A stretch of 64,000 bases of DNA from Octopus sinensis (GCF_006345805.1 NC_043009.1:71610001-71674000); one strand, 5' to 3'; shown: positions 1 to 14,061, counted from the stretch's first letter. Numbers and translations are program-made. The notes: a model not told the origin generated them from the letters alone.

Positions 1-677
1 GAATAGAATGAAAGCCTTTTTTTGAAACAACTTGTGACTGGAGATGTAAAATGGATTATATACGAAAAAGTAATGTGAAAAAGGTCTTGGAGTTTGTATA
101 AGGATTCCCCAAAACAGCAACCAAGGAGGAATATCCATGCCAAAAAGAGCTATGCTTTGTGTTTGGTGGGATCATAAAGGCATTATTTATGATGAACTTC
201 TTCCACAACACCAGACCATTAATTCTGATGTTTACTGTGGTCAGCTGGCTAATTTGAACAAAAAAAAAATCAAAGAATTGAGGCCAGAAATTGCCAAGAG
301 GAAAGGGATAGTGTTCCAACAAGACACTGCCTGACTACATGTCTTCAGCTACCCAAAGTTACATGAATTTGGCTGGGATCTCTTATCCCATCCACCATAT
401 TCTCCTGATATTGTGCCATCTGACTACCACTTGCTTCTGTCTCTACAGAACTCATTTCAAGGAAAAACATTTAACAATTCAGATGGAGTCAAAATGCATC
501 GAGATAACTTTTTTTCCTTCAAAAACAAATTTTATGCTGATGGAATATTTAAATTGCCAGATAGATTCTCATTAATAAAATGGAAATTATTTCATTGAAT
601 AAAATTTATTGAAAGGTCAATTATTTATATCGCTTTTTGCATATTAAAAAATGCTCAGAACTTGCCAGACAACCAAA
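1..677 (+). mobile_element. Mariner (DD34D) transposon, degenerate 3' half, truncated by window edge
   Basis: Frameshifted translation shows LVTGDVKWIIY (1st D), MLCVWWDHKGII, VFQQDTA (2nd D) and PHPPYSPDIVPSDYHL (3rd D motif), then a TIR-like end near 655-677. Confidence 0.9.
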
Positions 678-730
678 GATATATGTATGTATGTATGTAT
701 GTGTATATATATATATATATTTTATTAAGG

Positions 731-2940
731 GAATGTCTAGAGACCGAGACCTATGGAAGTATGCTGTGCGTGAGAAGACCCAGCAAGACTAGTCAGGCCA
801 TAACCCGTGGCCCCTACCTGGGACATAGTCAGTCCTCCTGTGCATACCTTCCTTCTTGTGACACTTATGAAGACCTGTTGAGGCAAGTGAAAATCAAATC
901 AAAACAAATCAAAATAGATGAACATCAGTGGAATTGTATTCTTTGTGGTACCAGTGCCGGTGGCACACAAGAAAACCACCCAAACGTGGCCGTAGCCAGT
1001 ACCGCATCGACTGGCCTCCGTGCTGTGGGCACAACAAACACCATCCGATCGTGGCCGTTCGCCAGCCTCATCTGGCACCTGTGTCGGTGGCACATAAAGA
1101 CACCATCCGAAGACCCGGCGACGTAGTCAGTCCACCTGTGCATACCTTCCCTCTTATGACACTTGTGAAGACCTGTTGAGGCAAGTGTGTGACACTTGTG
1201 AAGACCTGTTGAGGCAGAGGCAAGTGTGTGACACTTGTGGAGACCTGTTGAGGCAAGTGTGTGACACTTGTGAAGACCTGTTGAGGCAAGTGAAAATCAA
1301 ATCAAATCAAACCAAATCAAAATAGATGAACATCAATGGAATTTGTATCTTTGTGGTTCCAGTACCGGTGGCACACAAGAAAACCATCCGAACGTGGCCG
1401 TAGCCAGTACCGCATCGACTGGCCTCCGTGCTGTGGGCACAACAAACACCATCTGATCGTGGCCGTTCGCCAGCCTCATCTGGCACCTGTGTCGGTGGCA
1501 CATAAAAACACCATCCGAAGACCCAGCGACGTAGTCAGTCCACCTGTGCATACCTTCCTACTTATGACACTTGTGAAGACCTGTTGAGGCAAGTGTGTGA
1601 CACCTACTTATGACACTTGTGAAGACCTGTTGAGGCAAGTGTGTGACACTTGTGTAGACCTGTTGAGGCAAGTGAAAATCAAATCAAATCAAATCAAACC
1701 AAATCAAAATAGATGAACATCAATGGAATTTGTATCTTTGTGGTACCAGTACCGTTGGCACACAAGAAAACCATCCGAACGTGGCCGTAGCCAGTACCGC
1801 ATCGACTGGCCTCTGTGACGTGGGCACATAACAAACACCATCCGATTGTGGCCATTCGCCAGCCTCATCTGGCACCTGTGTCGGTGGCACATAAAAACAC
1901 CAACCGAAGACCCGGCAAGACTAGTCAGGCCATAACCCGTGGCCCCTACTTGGGACGTAGTCAGTCCACCTGTGCATACCTTCCTTCCTTCCTGTGACAC
2001 TTGTGAAGACCTGTGAAGACCTGTTGAGGCAAGTGAAAATCAAATCAAATCAAATCAAAATAGATGAACATCAATGGAATTTGTATCTTTGTGGTACCAG
2101 TGCCGGTGGCACACAAGAAAACCATCCGAACGTGGCCGTAGCCAGTACCACATCGACTGGCCTCCGTGCTGTGGGCACATAACAAACACCATCCGATCGT
2201 AGCCAGTACCGCATCGACTGGCCTCCGTGCTGTGGGCACGTAACAAACACCATCCGATCGTGGCCGTTCGCCAGCCTCATCTGGCACCTGTGTCGGTGGC
2301 ACATAAAAACACCATCCGAAGACCCGGCAAGACTAGTCAGGCCATAACCCGTGGCCCCTACCTGGGACGTAGTCAGTCCACCTGTGCATACCTTCCTTCT
2401 TGTGACACTTGTGAAGACCTGTTGAGGCAAGTGAAAATCAAATCAAAACAAATCAAAATAGATGAACATCAATGGAATTTGTATCTTTGTGGTACCAGTG
2501 CCGGTGGCACACAAGAAAATCATCCGAACGTGGCCGTAGCCAGTACCGCATAGACTGGCCTCCGTGCTTTGGGGACGTAACAAACACCATCCGATCGTGG
2601 CCGTCCGCCAGCCTCATCTGGCACCTGTGTCGGTGGCACATAAAAACACCATCCGAGCGTGGCCGTCTGCCAGCCTCGTCTGGCACCTGTGTCGGTGGCA
2701 CATAAAAACCCATCCGAGCGTGGCCGTTCGCCAGCCTCGTCTGGCACCTGTGTCGGTGGCACATAAAATCACCCACTACACTCTCGGAGTGGTTGGCGTT
2801 AGGAAGGGCATCCAGCTGTAGAAACACTGCCAGATCTGACTGGCCTGGTGCAGCCTTCGGGCTCCCCAGACCCCAGTTGAACCGTCCAACCCATGCTAGC
2901 ATGGAAAACGGACGCTAAATGATGATGATGATGATGATGA
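731..2940 (+). mobile_element. RTE-like LINE 3' end whose 3'UTR is tandemly amplified (about 5 units of 360-400 bp), ending in an (ATG)n tail
   Basis: Begins with DRDLWKYAVREKT (typical RTE ORF C-terminus); AAATC-rich unit marker recurs near 890, 1290, 1675, 2035, 2435; terminal gagtggttggcgttaggaagggcatccagc...catgctagcatggaaaacggacg followed by (atg)n. Confidence 0.75.
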
Positions 2941-2951
2941 TATATATATAT

Positions 2952-3100
2952 GGCAGGCTTCTTTTAGCTTCTGTCTACCAAATCCATTCAGAAAGTTGGT
3001 CTGAAGCTGTAGTAGAAGATATTTGCCCACGGTGCCATGCAGTGGGACTGAACCTGAAACCATGTGGTTGGGAAGCAAACTTCTTACTGCACGGCCACCC
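2952..3100 (-). mobile_element. tRNA-derived CORE-type SINE (octopus OR-like), partial
   Basis: Reverse complement has B-box-like ggttcagtccc and CORE-like ggcaccgtgggcaaatatcttct; matches copies at 51485, 32655, 53355. Confidence 0.75.
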
Positions 3101-3481
3101 CTGTATCCTTTTTCTTTATTTTTTGCAATGATTTAAATTAAGGATCTGGGCTGTGTGTGCAAACCATTCCAACCATTCAAGTAATGTTTCTTTTTCACTT
3201 TTTGAGATGAAATCGAACATATTTTTGTTGAACAATAATATTTCTTTTTAAATGATTTCCTGAATTGCGTTGCAATAATCAGTTTGTTTTGCTTTTTCTA
3301 TTATTTAAAAAAATTTTTCCCTTTTTAGTCAGGGAAGAAAGTTCAGTGGCCATTCCATATTTTAGCAGGGCCTCTAAGACCAGTGGAAGCAAAGACGAAA
3401 AAAGAAAGAAAGAAGGAAAGAAGAAAATTATTCCCAAGCTGGAGATCACTTGCAGCAGAATGAATTTTGGTTGCCCACCTT

Positions 3482-4990
3482 AAACCCAGCACTGGTTCTT
3501 TGGATATAAAAGACACCAAAACCCACCACTGGTTCTTTGGATATTAAAGACACCAAAACCCAGCACTGGTTCTTTGGATATTAAAGACACCAAAACCCAC
3601 CACTGGTTCTTTGGATATTAAAGACACCAAAACCCAGCACTGGTTCTTTGGATATTAAAGACACCAAAACCCACCACTGGTTCTTTGGATATTAAAGACA
3701 CCAAAACCCACCACTGGTTCTTTGGATATTAAAGACACCAAAACCCACCACTGGTTCTTTGGATATTAAAGACACCAAAACCCACCACTGGTTCTTTGGA
3801 TATTAAAGACACCAAACCCCCCACTGGTTCTTTGGATATTAAAGACACCAAAACCCAGCACTGGTTCTTTGGATATTAAAGACACCAAAACCCAGCACTG
3901 GTTCTTTGGATATTAAAGACACCAAACCCAGCACTGGTTCTTTGGATATTAAAGACACCAAAACCCACCACTGGTTCTTTGGATATTAAAGACACCAAAA
4001 CCCACCACTGGTTCTTTGGATATTAAAGACACCAAAACCCAGCACTGGTTCTTTGGATATTAAAGACACCAAACCCAGCACTGGTTCTTTGGATATTAAA
4101 GACACCAAACCCCCACTGGTTCTTTGGATATTAAAGACACCAAAACCCACCACTGGTTCTTTGGATATTAAAGACACCAAAACCCAGCACTGGTTCTTTG
4201 GATATTAAAGACACCAAAACCCAGCACTGGTTCTTTGGATATTAAAGACACCAAAACCCAGCACTGGTTCTTTGGATATTAAAGACACCAAAACCCCCAC
4301 TGGTTCTTTGGATATTAAAGACACCAAACCCCCACTGGTTCTTTGGATATTAAAGACACCAAAACCCAGCACTGGTTCTTTGGATATTAAAGACACCAAA
4401 CCCACCACTGGTTCTTTGGATATTAAAGACACCAAAACCCAGCACTGGATCTTTGGATATTAAAGACACCAAAACCCAGCACTGGTTCTTTGGATATTAA
4501 AGACACCAAAACCCAGCACTGGTTCTTTGGATATTAAAGACACCAAAACCCACCACTGGTTCTTTGGATATTAAAGACACCAAAACCCACCACTGGTTCT
4601 TTGGATATTAAAGACACCAAAACCCAGCACTGGTTCTTTGGATATTAAAGACACCAAAACCCACCACTGGTTCTTTGGATATTAAAGACACCAAAACCCA
4701 GCACTGGTTCTTTGGATATTAAAGACACCAAAACCCACCACTGGTTCTTTGGATATTAAAGACACCAAAACCCACCACTGGTTCTTTGGATATTAAAGAC
4801 ACCAAAACCCACCACTGGTTCTTTGGATATTAAAGACACCAAAACCCAGCACTGGTTCTTTGGATATTAAAGACACCAAAACCCACCACTGGTTCTTTGG
4901 ATATTAAAGACACCAAAACCCAGCACTGGTTCTTTGGATATTAAAGACACCAAAACCCAGCACTGGTTCTTTGGATATTAAAGACACCAA
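3482..4990. repeat. 37-bp minisatellite, about 41 copies
   Basis: Unit aaacccaSCactggttctttggatattaaagacacca, period 37 (3482 to 3519), no spacers. Confidence 0.97.
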
Positions 4991-5225
4991 TATAACAATT
5001 CTGTTAATTCACTGCTCTTAACTGCTTCTTGTTTTGTCAATCTTAAAAGAATAACACAAAGAGAATAGAAAAAAAAGAAAGAAAGCATAAAAAAAGAATA
5101 AAACATAAAATTAACTTTGGCAGGATTTGAACTCAAAGTAGAGAGATTCCCAAACTCTGCAAGGCATTTTGTTTTATGCTTTAATGAGTCTACTTACTCA
5201 CCACGTATTGTTGCTTCACCAAGTC

Positions 5226-5390
5226 AAAGCAGTGAACTGGCAGAATTGATAATGCAACAGACAAAATGCTTAGCGGCATTTCGTCCAACTTTACATTCTG
5301 AGTTCAAATCCTGCTGAAGTCAACTCTGACTTTCATCTTTTCAGGGTCCATAAAACGAGTACCAGTTGTGCATGGGGGTCCATAGACTTA
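5226..5390 (+). mobile_element. tRNA-derived SINE, second family, degenerate
   Basis: gcagtgaactggcagaa head, B-box gagttcaaatcc, body like the cleaner copy at 34200. Confidence 0.65.
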
Positions 5391-7877
5391 ACTCTTCTCC
5401 TGAAATTGCTAGCCTTGTGCTAAAAACTGAAGTCAATATTTCATCAACTCTTGGACATAAATGGACGAAATTTAGAATTGAACTTGGAGAAATTGGAACA
5501 TAGAAATAACAGGAATGGAATTCAATGCCAAGAACCATGAAATGAAGCTCACTAGGAAACAGCTGTACCGTCTTCACACTTTTCTAGAATTCCATAATTC
5601 CAGAGAGCCAACAAAAGACATAATGCATTGAGTGAATATCTTTTGTCTTCGTTACCTGCAAACGAGTAAATAAGTCATTTAAATAAAATATGGAAAATGT
5701 CTACGTTCTGCTTAGCTTCAACTTAAAACTGATTCTTTTTCCATCAGAATTCATTTTATTCAGTTTAGGTCCCCAATACTGTCACAATTTATGTATGACA
5801 AAGATCCATCTCAAAACAACGACAAACATCCATGCTTCACAAAGTGCCAAACAGAGAAGAAAACGGAGGCCATAGAAGAGATTTGCTCTTCAAATTCCTG
5901 TTTGTTCTGTTTGCCATGGAATTGAGACAATCGGGAATTCATTTCTGTTGTGAAGACATGAAGACAACATCATTCAAATCATTGGCTGTGGAAAGATGAT
6001 GCATCAGATTTACCCCATAGAGCTGTCTGTGACAGACTCAAGAAGATAGAATGTGGAAGTATTGAATCACTTGTGGAATGGTTAAATAAATGTCTTCAAC
6101 CAATACTGGAAAATGCACCTCAATGTTTCCATTCCATTTATGGGTTGATAAGGGCAGTGAACTGGCAGAATTGGACAAAATCCTTAACATCATTTCTTTA
6201 AGTTCATTATAGTCTGAGCTCAGTTCTGGCTAAGATAAACTTTGCCTTTCCTCGTCAATAAAATAAATTACTAGGCAATCCGTGGGGGTTGACGTAATCA
6301 ACTTGACCCTGATCTTCAAAACTGCTGGCTTTGTGCCATACTCAGTAAGGAATATATGTGTTGATAGTTTTGCAATAAATTACAGCAAGTCGTCTTAGTG
6401 GAAGAATGATTTCATTAAAGCCAACCTATTTACAATTAAACTGTGTTTTATATTTCCAAAACAGATTATATTCCAATAAACTCATAAAACATGTTTTGAT
6501 GCTTGTTTCAAAAGTCTAAATTTAATTGTAATTTATTACTTACCAGATAAAGCAATGTGAGATATCATTTGATGGCATTATTTAATTAGGAAAAAAGATT
6601 TAATTTGCTCTGAGACTATTAAAATTTGCTTCAAGTTTATTCTCATTTGTATTTACAAAAGTCTACTTTTGCTCTCAGACTAAAGCAGAGCAACAGACTT
6701 GAAAATACTTGAAGTGATGCCTTGTGAATAGTTATCCATCCTACCATTTCACTTCTGCTAACAGATTCTTTTGGAAATTTTACTCCAATTTAGCCCTGAA
6801 AACAAAACAGAAAATCTTTCTCTTCATAAATTAAGAAAATGATTTTTGCTAAATCAATTTATTCCATACAAGAATTCACACATGCATGCACACACACACA
6901 CGCATGCACACATGCACACACACACATGCACGCATGCATGCATACACACATACATCATATGTGTGGTGGGTACTTTTGTTGTTATCCCATCATGCCACCT
7001 GCGCTGCTTTCACTTCAACCACCTAGTGACCACCCACACCCAAAACATTGCTTTCCCTGTCTCCTTTCCACTACATCCTCTTCTATCATACGATCCCTCT
7101 ATTTCCTCCATCACATTGCCGTTCATATCTCTCTCTTCTCTTTTTTACTCTTTGCTCTCGCTGCCTTCCTAGTTACACTCTTGGAGAAGTTTGTCATGAA
7201 AAAGATGAGGACTATCTACAGTAAAGAGGATTCTTTCATCTTGCAAGAGACACAGCAACCTCTGTGGTGTTGGTGCCATCATCTAATGCTCATCTAATAC
7301 ACCTTGTGAAGTGGACCCTGACCAAAGAGAGACCATGCAGGATAGAGGGGATATTTTAGAGTCCTCCAGTGTTGGTATCATGATCAAATACATCCAGAAA
7401 TGTTGTGTAAAGTGGATGGCAAACAGAAGGGAGTCTAAGCATGTAAAACCTTGTGAAAAGTAAGGAGTACAAGTGAGACATGGTCGTCCTCCAACCAGTC
7501 TGGGATGACGGCAGTAATGCCAAATAAGAACTGCAGTAAAACATGATAACCCAAGACTGTATGGAAAGCTGATGCAAAATAATGATGATGATTATATCTT
7601 TGTGTGTGTGTGTGTAACAGAGAGAGAGAGAGTAAACTTTCACTAGAATCGAAAGAGTAGAATTTGAGGAAGTAAGCAATGGTCTGTGTTGACAAATAGT
7701 AAAATGAAAAAGTTTGCAAAGTGGAATAAAATGATTTTGCTGTAAGGAAGAAGTGAAGTCGAATGCTTTGGGTCGACTCCTTTTATTTCACTCCAACAAT
7801 GATCTGTCTCCCAACACCACAGAAAGAGAGAGCGAATATCTACAGGAGAAATGAAGAATCGTAGCTTTGACCTACTT

Positions 7878-7913
<36 letters not shown>

Positions 7914-8624
7914 GCGTGTGTGCGCACATGCATGTTTGTATTATAATTCCAGCTCACATCTCTTTGCCTCACCCCACTCCCCACTAAAATGAACGAAATG
8001 GTTTACTTGATGGAGCAATTGTTTTTACATCTGGATGGAATCCTCGCTTTTTATCCCAAACAAGTCAGCCATGAAATAAGCAATGAACTCTTCTTTTATG
8101 TGAGTCAGGAAAACTGGAGCAAGAGGCCGTGATTAAGGGGCCAATTGAAACAGTTGTTATGGTTGATGCTTGAACTCATGATGATGGGGGTTCGGAGATC
8201 AGCACCTGAACTTCATAACCACCATGTCCCTGGGTCGTAGCTTTGGTTTAACCCTAGGTTCGTCCTTGATCCAACAAAGAAATGATGACATCCATTCCAG
8301 CCATAACCATCCTGTCCTGTTTTTACTTCAGACATATCTGAGAGATTATTGAATATAATTTGAGGTAGCTTTAGCTGTTATTTCTTGTAGGTTGAATGAC
8401 CAAGTAGAGTCTCTCTCATTGCTTTTCTAGATTCAAAATATCAACTTGATGATTGAGATGACCTCATTTACATTTGCGATGTTGACTTGAGACTTGAACC
8501 TGAACAAGCAGGGACTTCAGCTGTCTACCAAGCTTTGTATTGATCATAGTTAGGCCAATACACTCATCTGGAACAAGGATACAGAATTAACAACACTTCA
8601 AAATACTCAAGAAATCTCTAATGT

Positions 8625-8935
8625 GTGTCATGCAAAAATCACCATCCGAACATGGTTGATGGCAGAACCCTTTGACTGGCTCCCATGCTGGTGGCACGTA
8701 AAAAGCACTGTCCAAACGTCATCGATGCCAGGGCCCCTGACTGACTCCTGCACCAGTGGCATGTAAAAAGCACCCACTACAATCTCAGAGTGGTTAGCGT
8801 TATGAATTGCATCCAGCTGGAGAAACATTGCCAGTTCAGATTGGAGTCTGGTGCAGCCACTGGCTTTCCAGACCTCAGTCAAACTGTCCAACCCAAGCCA
8901 ACATGGAAAGCGGACATTAAACGATAATGATGTTG
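8625..8935 (+). mobile_element. RTE-like LINE 3' end
   Basis: gagtggttagcgttatgaattgcatccagctg...catggaaagcggacattaaacgataatgatg, same family as 2770-2940. Confidence 0.75.
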
Positions 8936-8989
8936 AGTTGGAAATCTTTGGGGCATGAAACAGAAGCACTGGAAAAAGAGGGTTGCCTC

Positions 8990-9175
8990 ATCATCATCAT
9001 CATCATCGTTTAGCGTCCGTTTTCCATGCTAGCATGGGTTGGACGGTTCTACTGGGGTCTGTGAAGCCAGAAGGCTTCATCAGGCCCAGTCAAATCTGGC
9101 AGTGTTTCTACAGCTGGATGCCCTTCCTAACACCAACCACTCCGTGAGTGTAGTGGGTGCTTTTTACGTGCCACC
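8990..9175 (-). mobile_element. RTE-like LINE 3' end, tail-to-tail with the previous copy
   Basis: (cat)n followed by the reverse complement of the family 3' end. Confidence 0.75.
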
Positions 9176-9807
9176 CTCATCAGAACCAAATATGATGGGT
9201 GAGTCATGTCACCTGTTTTGAGAGTTTCAGACTTTGAAAGCAATCACCTTTTGGAGAATTAGCTCTCGTTACCATTACCCAGCAGCAAAAGAAATATGTC
9301 ATTTTATGACATCACAAAAAACAACCGTATACCATTAGTTGGTAACAACTGGCAATAAACAGGAATGAATATGGATTTATAAGTCGGAAGAACAGCCTCT
9401 AGCCTGAGAAAATGGTGAAAAGTAAAAGCTAAAAATGAAATCCAGAGATAACCTTACTTTCACTATCTGTGGTTGTATTACACTTTTTAAAACCAGACTT
9501 GTTACTGATGCATGAGACTAACCTGAGAAACTTAACTGCATGCAACCTGAATGGCACCTGGAGATCACAGCTATCTTTTAGGCCAAAATGAGTACTTGTT
9601 TATTGTTGTAACATGAAGAAGGCATTGGTTATAATTGATGAGATTTGTCACAAAATGATGTGCTACATTTACTTAAAAAAAAAAATTAAAGTAGAATTAA
9701 AGTTAGGGAGCCATCTGAAGGCCCAGGGCCCAAATCCTATGAAACTTGCCACATTTTCTCCAATGAGAAAATGGCTTCAAATAAAGTTGACAATCACCAT
9801 ACACATT

Positions 9808-9849
<42 letters not shown>

Positions 9850-10392
9850 AACATACAATCTCATATCAGAATTGAGCTCCTTTATTTTCTCTGCATAAAG
9901 AGAATAACAAGATATATTATGATCTGTTTAAAATTCTGCAGCATTAGGTTAAAAACTGTACGTTAACTACATCAAATTTATCTCCTGTCTTCTAATACAT
10001 TGTACATAAATATCACAAACACACACACACACATGCAAAGACATAGATAGTTGTATAAGTGAGAGATAAGAGCAATCAACAGATGTTGAGGTTACATATT
10101 TGCATTAACAGTTTCACTCAGACTTGCATTACTGAAAGTTTCAAGTTTCAATGATGCAAAAGCAGATCTGATTGTTTAAATACAGATACAAACATTGTGA
10201 GTGGTGAGGTGCCCCTATACATACAAACATATATACATACACACATACATACATACACACATACATACATATATATGTATAAAACAAGAAATAATATATA
10301 CAAAAAAAATCATATCTTTATTTTAGATCCCATTTTTTCAATATATATGTGTGTGTGCATGTGTGTGTATATGTATGTATAAGTATATATAT

Positions 10393-10685
10393 ATCACTGT
10401 GATCACCGTGATCACTGACCAGGCTATCAGATGTTGCTACACATCGCTGGTGACAATGTGCTTCGCATTGTTTTAGCCTTCAAATGACGCCACCCCTCTG
10501 GCTAAGCAAGAAAGGTCAACAGAAGAATGAGTGAGAGAAAGTTGTGGCGAAAGAGTACAACAGGGGTCACCACCACCCCTGCCAGAACCTCGTGGAGCTT
10601 TTAGGTTATTTCGCTCAATAAACACTCACAACGCTCGGTCTGGGAATCAAAACCGCGAGTCCGCTACCCTAACTACTGGGCCATT
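10393..10685 (-). mobile_element. tRNA-derived SINE, third family
   Basis: Reverse complement starts caatggcccagtagttagg (A box) and has ggttttgattccc (B box). Confidence 0.6.
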
Positions 10686-11269
10686 GTACATATATAGAGA
10701 CACATATGTCTCGGGTGTATATTCATATATATATATATATATATCGTTGCATATTTGGCCAGATATCTTTCTTTGAATATTAACTTTGCTTGCAGTAGCA
10801 GCTCCTTTTGGTCAAACTATCGTATCTCCAGCTGCTTCAGAAGCCAAGATATCAAAAATTGTCAAAGTGTAGAACAACGGTTTAGCATTTTTCAAAAGTG
10901 TAGTAAGTCCCACATACGACAGTTTTGCAAAAATATTTCTGACTGAAAATATCGCATGGAGTTACAATTTTATGTACACCCAACAAAGAATTATCGTTAA
11001 GCTGGAACCGTTGCTAATGTGAAAAGAAACGGAATGGTGAAACTACTTTTCGTCTTCTGAAAAAGCAACGTTTTGGACTTACGGCACTTTTGCATAATAG
11101 CAACGATACATACATACATACATATATATATATATGTATGTATCATGTGTGTGTGTGTATAAGTATATACATATATATATATATATATATTTGTATGTAT
11201 GCATGTATTTATGTATATAAGTATGTGTGTGTGTGTATGTAACATATCACTTTTGCTAAAGCATTATCA

Positions 11270-12125
11270 TAATTTATTTTGTTTTTGCTTCTCCTCCTTG
11301 CAATAAACATAATAATAGAATATGGTGAGGACTGATGGTGATTGATGTGATTGATGAGGAAGGGTGGAGGAGGAAGAGAGAGGGAGGGGGCAAGAGGGGA
11401 AGAGGTTTTGGTGGTGGTGCCCCCCCCCCCCCTGAACATGATGATGATAAAGGCTGATACAATACATGATTACAACAGAGAGGGAGGGAGAGGGGGAACA
11501 GAGAGAGAGGGGGATGAGGAGACAAACAGTAGATAGCAGTAATGAGGGTATAACCATAGAGGGAGAGGAGTGGAGGAGGAGGGGGAGGGGGGATGTCTGC
11601 TTCACACACACACACACACAATGTATAAAGAGGGTGGTGAGGGTGGTGAGGGTGGTGAGGGTAAAATTGATACCCTGTTGGTGCTAAGAACATAAAACAT
11701 ATCAGAGGAGATGTTGGTGGGGTTGGGGGTGGAAGTTTGTGAAGAGTTTATGATGATGATGATGATGATGATGATGATGGTGTTGGGATTGGAGTAGTGG
11801 TAGTAGTGGTAATAGTTGTAGTGGTAGTAGTAAGGATAGTGGTAAGAGATGATGGTGTAGTTGACAGTGTGGTTGAGTGGGTGGGGCAGTATAGTGATAG
11901 ATATCATGGTAAGGGTGGTGGTGGTGTTGGTGGTGTTGGTGGTGGTGGTGACGGTGGTGACGGTGGTGGCGGCAGTGACAGTAATCGTGATGATGGTGCT
12001 GATGATGATGATGATGATGGTTTGTGGTGTCATTAAATTGTGCCATAATTTCTGCAGCTGAATATACAACTTAATGGTTTTCAGCAACAACACAACCAAC
12101 AACAACAACAACAATAAAAAAAAAC
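11270..12125. repeat. Compound purine-rich and (GAT)n/(GGT)n low-complexity tract, representative of dozens of microsatellite blocks in the window
   Basis: Direct inspection; source of the spurious poly-H/T/V/I ORFs. Confidence 0.9.
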
Positions 12126-12348
12126 AGAAAGTAAAGAGCTGTTCTGTAACTAAGTGCAATCTTTCAGCAGGGTTTTGAGAGCCTTTAGCAGAGGAGGGGG
12201 GGGGGCTTTTCTTCTTTTTCTTTTTTCGTACCAGCCGGGGTGGGGTGGCGTAGGGTGGAGGTGGGGGGTGAAAGTTCTTCTGCATTGTTCATTAATTGTT
12301 TCAGACATTCAGACATACTTTCATTAAATACACACACACACACATATC

Positions 12349-12408
<60 letters not shown>

Positions 12409-13373
12409 TATATGTACACTGAGTGCCACCATCAGAAGTGATCAGCCTGTGTGCAGGTCCATTTACTTTGCACCAACCCCTGTTGCCCTCACTCCATCGC
12501 CACAAGGCTTCCCACTTCTCTGAACAAAATGTCTTGGATGTTGAGTAAAGTAGCTGGGGGTCATCCCCCCACCACCACCACCAGACTGTCTCTCTGGGCC
12601 TCCACACCAGCTACCACCAAGTGGTGTGCAAGAGTACAAAGAGTAATGGTCCACAGTGGGGCTGCTCATTGGCTATTTGACACTGGACTGTCTTCCACTT
12701 GACCCCAATAACCTTCAAGCCGTTGGCCTAGGACTCCTCCACCTTGCTGCTGGGGTTTCCATCCCTGGCATGGGTAGCTATGGGCTTACTAACACTTATT
12801 GAAGCTCAATATTAGGATTTTTTTCTTTTCCAAAAGTCTAATCTGTTGAGTGTATATGAAAATGATAACAATAATAATAACAACAACAACAGCCAGGATG
12901 CTGTAGGAATAACAATGACAATAATAAGGAAAGTGACTTCCCCCCCCCCCCAGGAGATAGAAACTGGATCTTTGATTTTGTTTTGTAACTTGCACTGCAG
13001 CTTGACATGAATTATTTAAACTAAAGGATTTTCCTTTCATTAATCCAAAAAGGAATTTCATTTTAAAGAATGTCTGATGTGTCCAAGGTTCAATCTCTGT
13101 GTGTAGAAATTAATCTTTAACAGAGTTTGGGGGACAGTTTTATAAGTTTTGTTGTTGTATTTCCAATCTTGGAACTACATAATGTAGATTGATCTCATTG
13201 CCTGGCATCTTTTACCAATGCTTGTATTTACTGAGTGGATTTGTGAGTGGATTTGGGTAGATGGAAACTGTACTGAAACCCTTCAGATGAAATGTACCTG
13301 TAATTAAAAGGGGTCAGCTTTGTCATACACTGTCATGCTGATTCTGCTTGACAATCACAGGAAAGATAAAGCT

Positions 13374-13720
13374 GGAGTAAAGATTGTTTGCCAACATAAC
13401 ATGGTAGTCCTGGTTTAGGACGAATGTTGCTGTAATTTAGCCCCAGGCGACAACGTCTCCTGCTGGCTATACGTCACGATCTGTGTCCTTATATTTTTGA
13501 ATGAGGGAATCTAGCCCCCCACTCTGCTCAAAACAATATCTGTGTATCACGATTTCTGGGTTATTTTCGTCAGTACAGAATAATTGTTCGGCTTGAGGTG
13601 ACGCTGCCAAATTCCCGTCCTAAGCCAGGACTGCCATGTTATGTTGGCAAACAATCTTAACTCCAAAGTACTGTTGCTGAATATCTCTCGTTGTGAGATT
13701 TACAAATAGTAATCTTCTTC
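13374..13720. mobile_element. Two inverted copies of a dispersed repeat (probable LINE 3' end); a third copy at about 25750-25880
   Basis: 13374-13425 is the reverse complement of about 13616-13665; gtcctaaRccaggactRccatgttatgttggcaaacaatctt recurs near 25780. Confidence 0.6.
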
Positions 13721-13977
13721 TATAGATAAAAATGTTAATGGAATACCCAGACATTTCCTAATTTATTCAATGAATCGACCATTCCAGTGATTGATTCTGT
13801 CATTTGAACTTATTGGAACGCCTGTCATTGAAACTGGCCAAGATGTATTCAAAGAGTTTTTTCTCTCTAAATCTGTCAGGATTGAAGAAGACAAGGGGTC
13901 ACTTAGGTGGCTCTTGTCTCTTTTTTTACTCTAGTTTGCAACCAAAGCCACAATACCATTCTCTCTTTCCATCTCTC

Positions 13978-14019
<42 letters not shown>

Positions 14020-14025
14020 TCTCTC

Positions 14026-14061
<36 letters not shown>

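Noticed and set aside
899-2902. Repeated ORFs such as MPPTQVPDEAGERPRSDG
   Set aside because: Antisense and out-of-frame readings of the amplified LINE 3'UTR, open in several frames on both strands
3482-4990. CRISPR-like array (37-bp hairpin repeats)
   Set aside because: Units are directly adjacent with no unique spacers, there are no cas genes, and the context is eukaryotic
11602-12285. Longest ORF (227 aa) and overlapping poly-H/T/V ORFs
   Set aside because: Translations of trinucleotide and purine tracts; no domain content
12420-12790. GC-richer unique-looking block as a gene exon
   Set aside because: No recognisable protein; more likely a LINE 5' remnant, but I could not assign it
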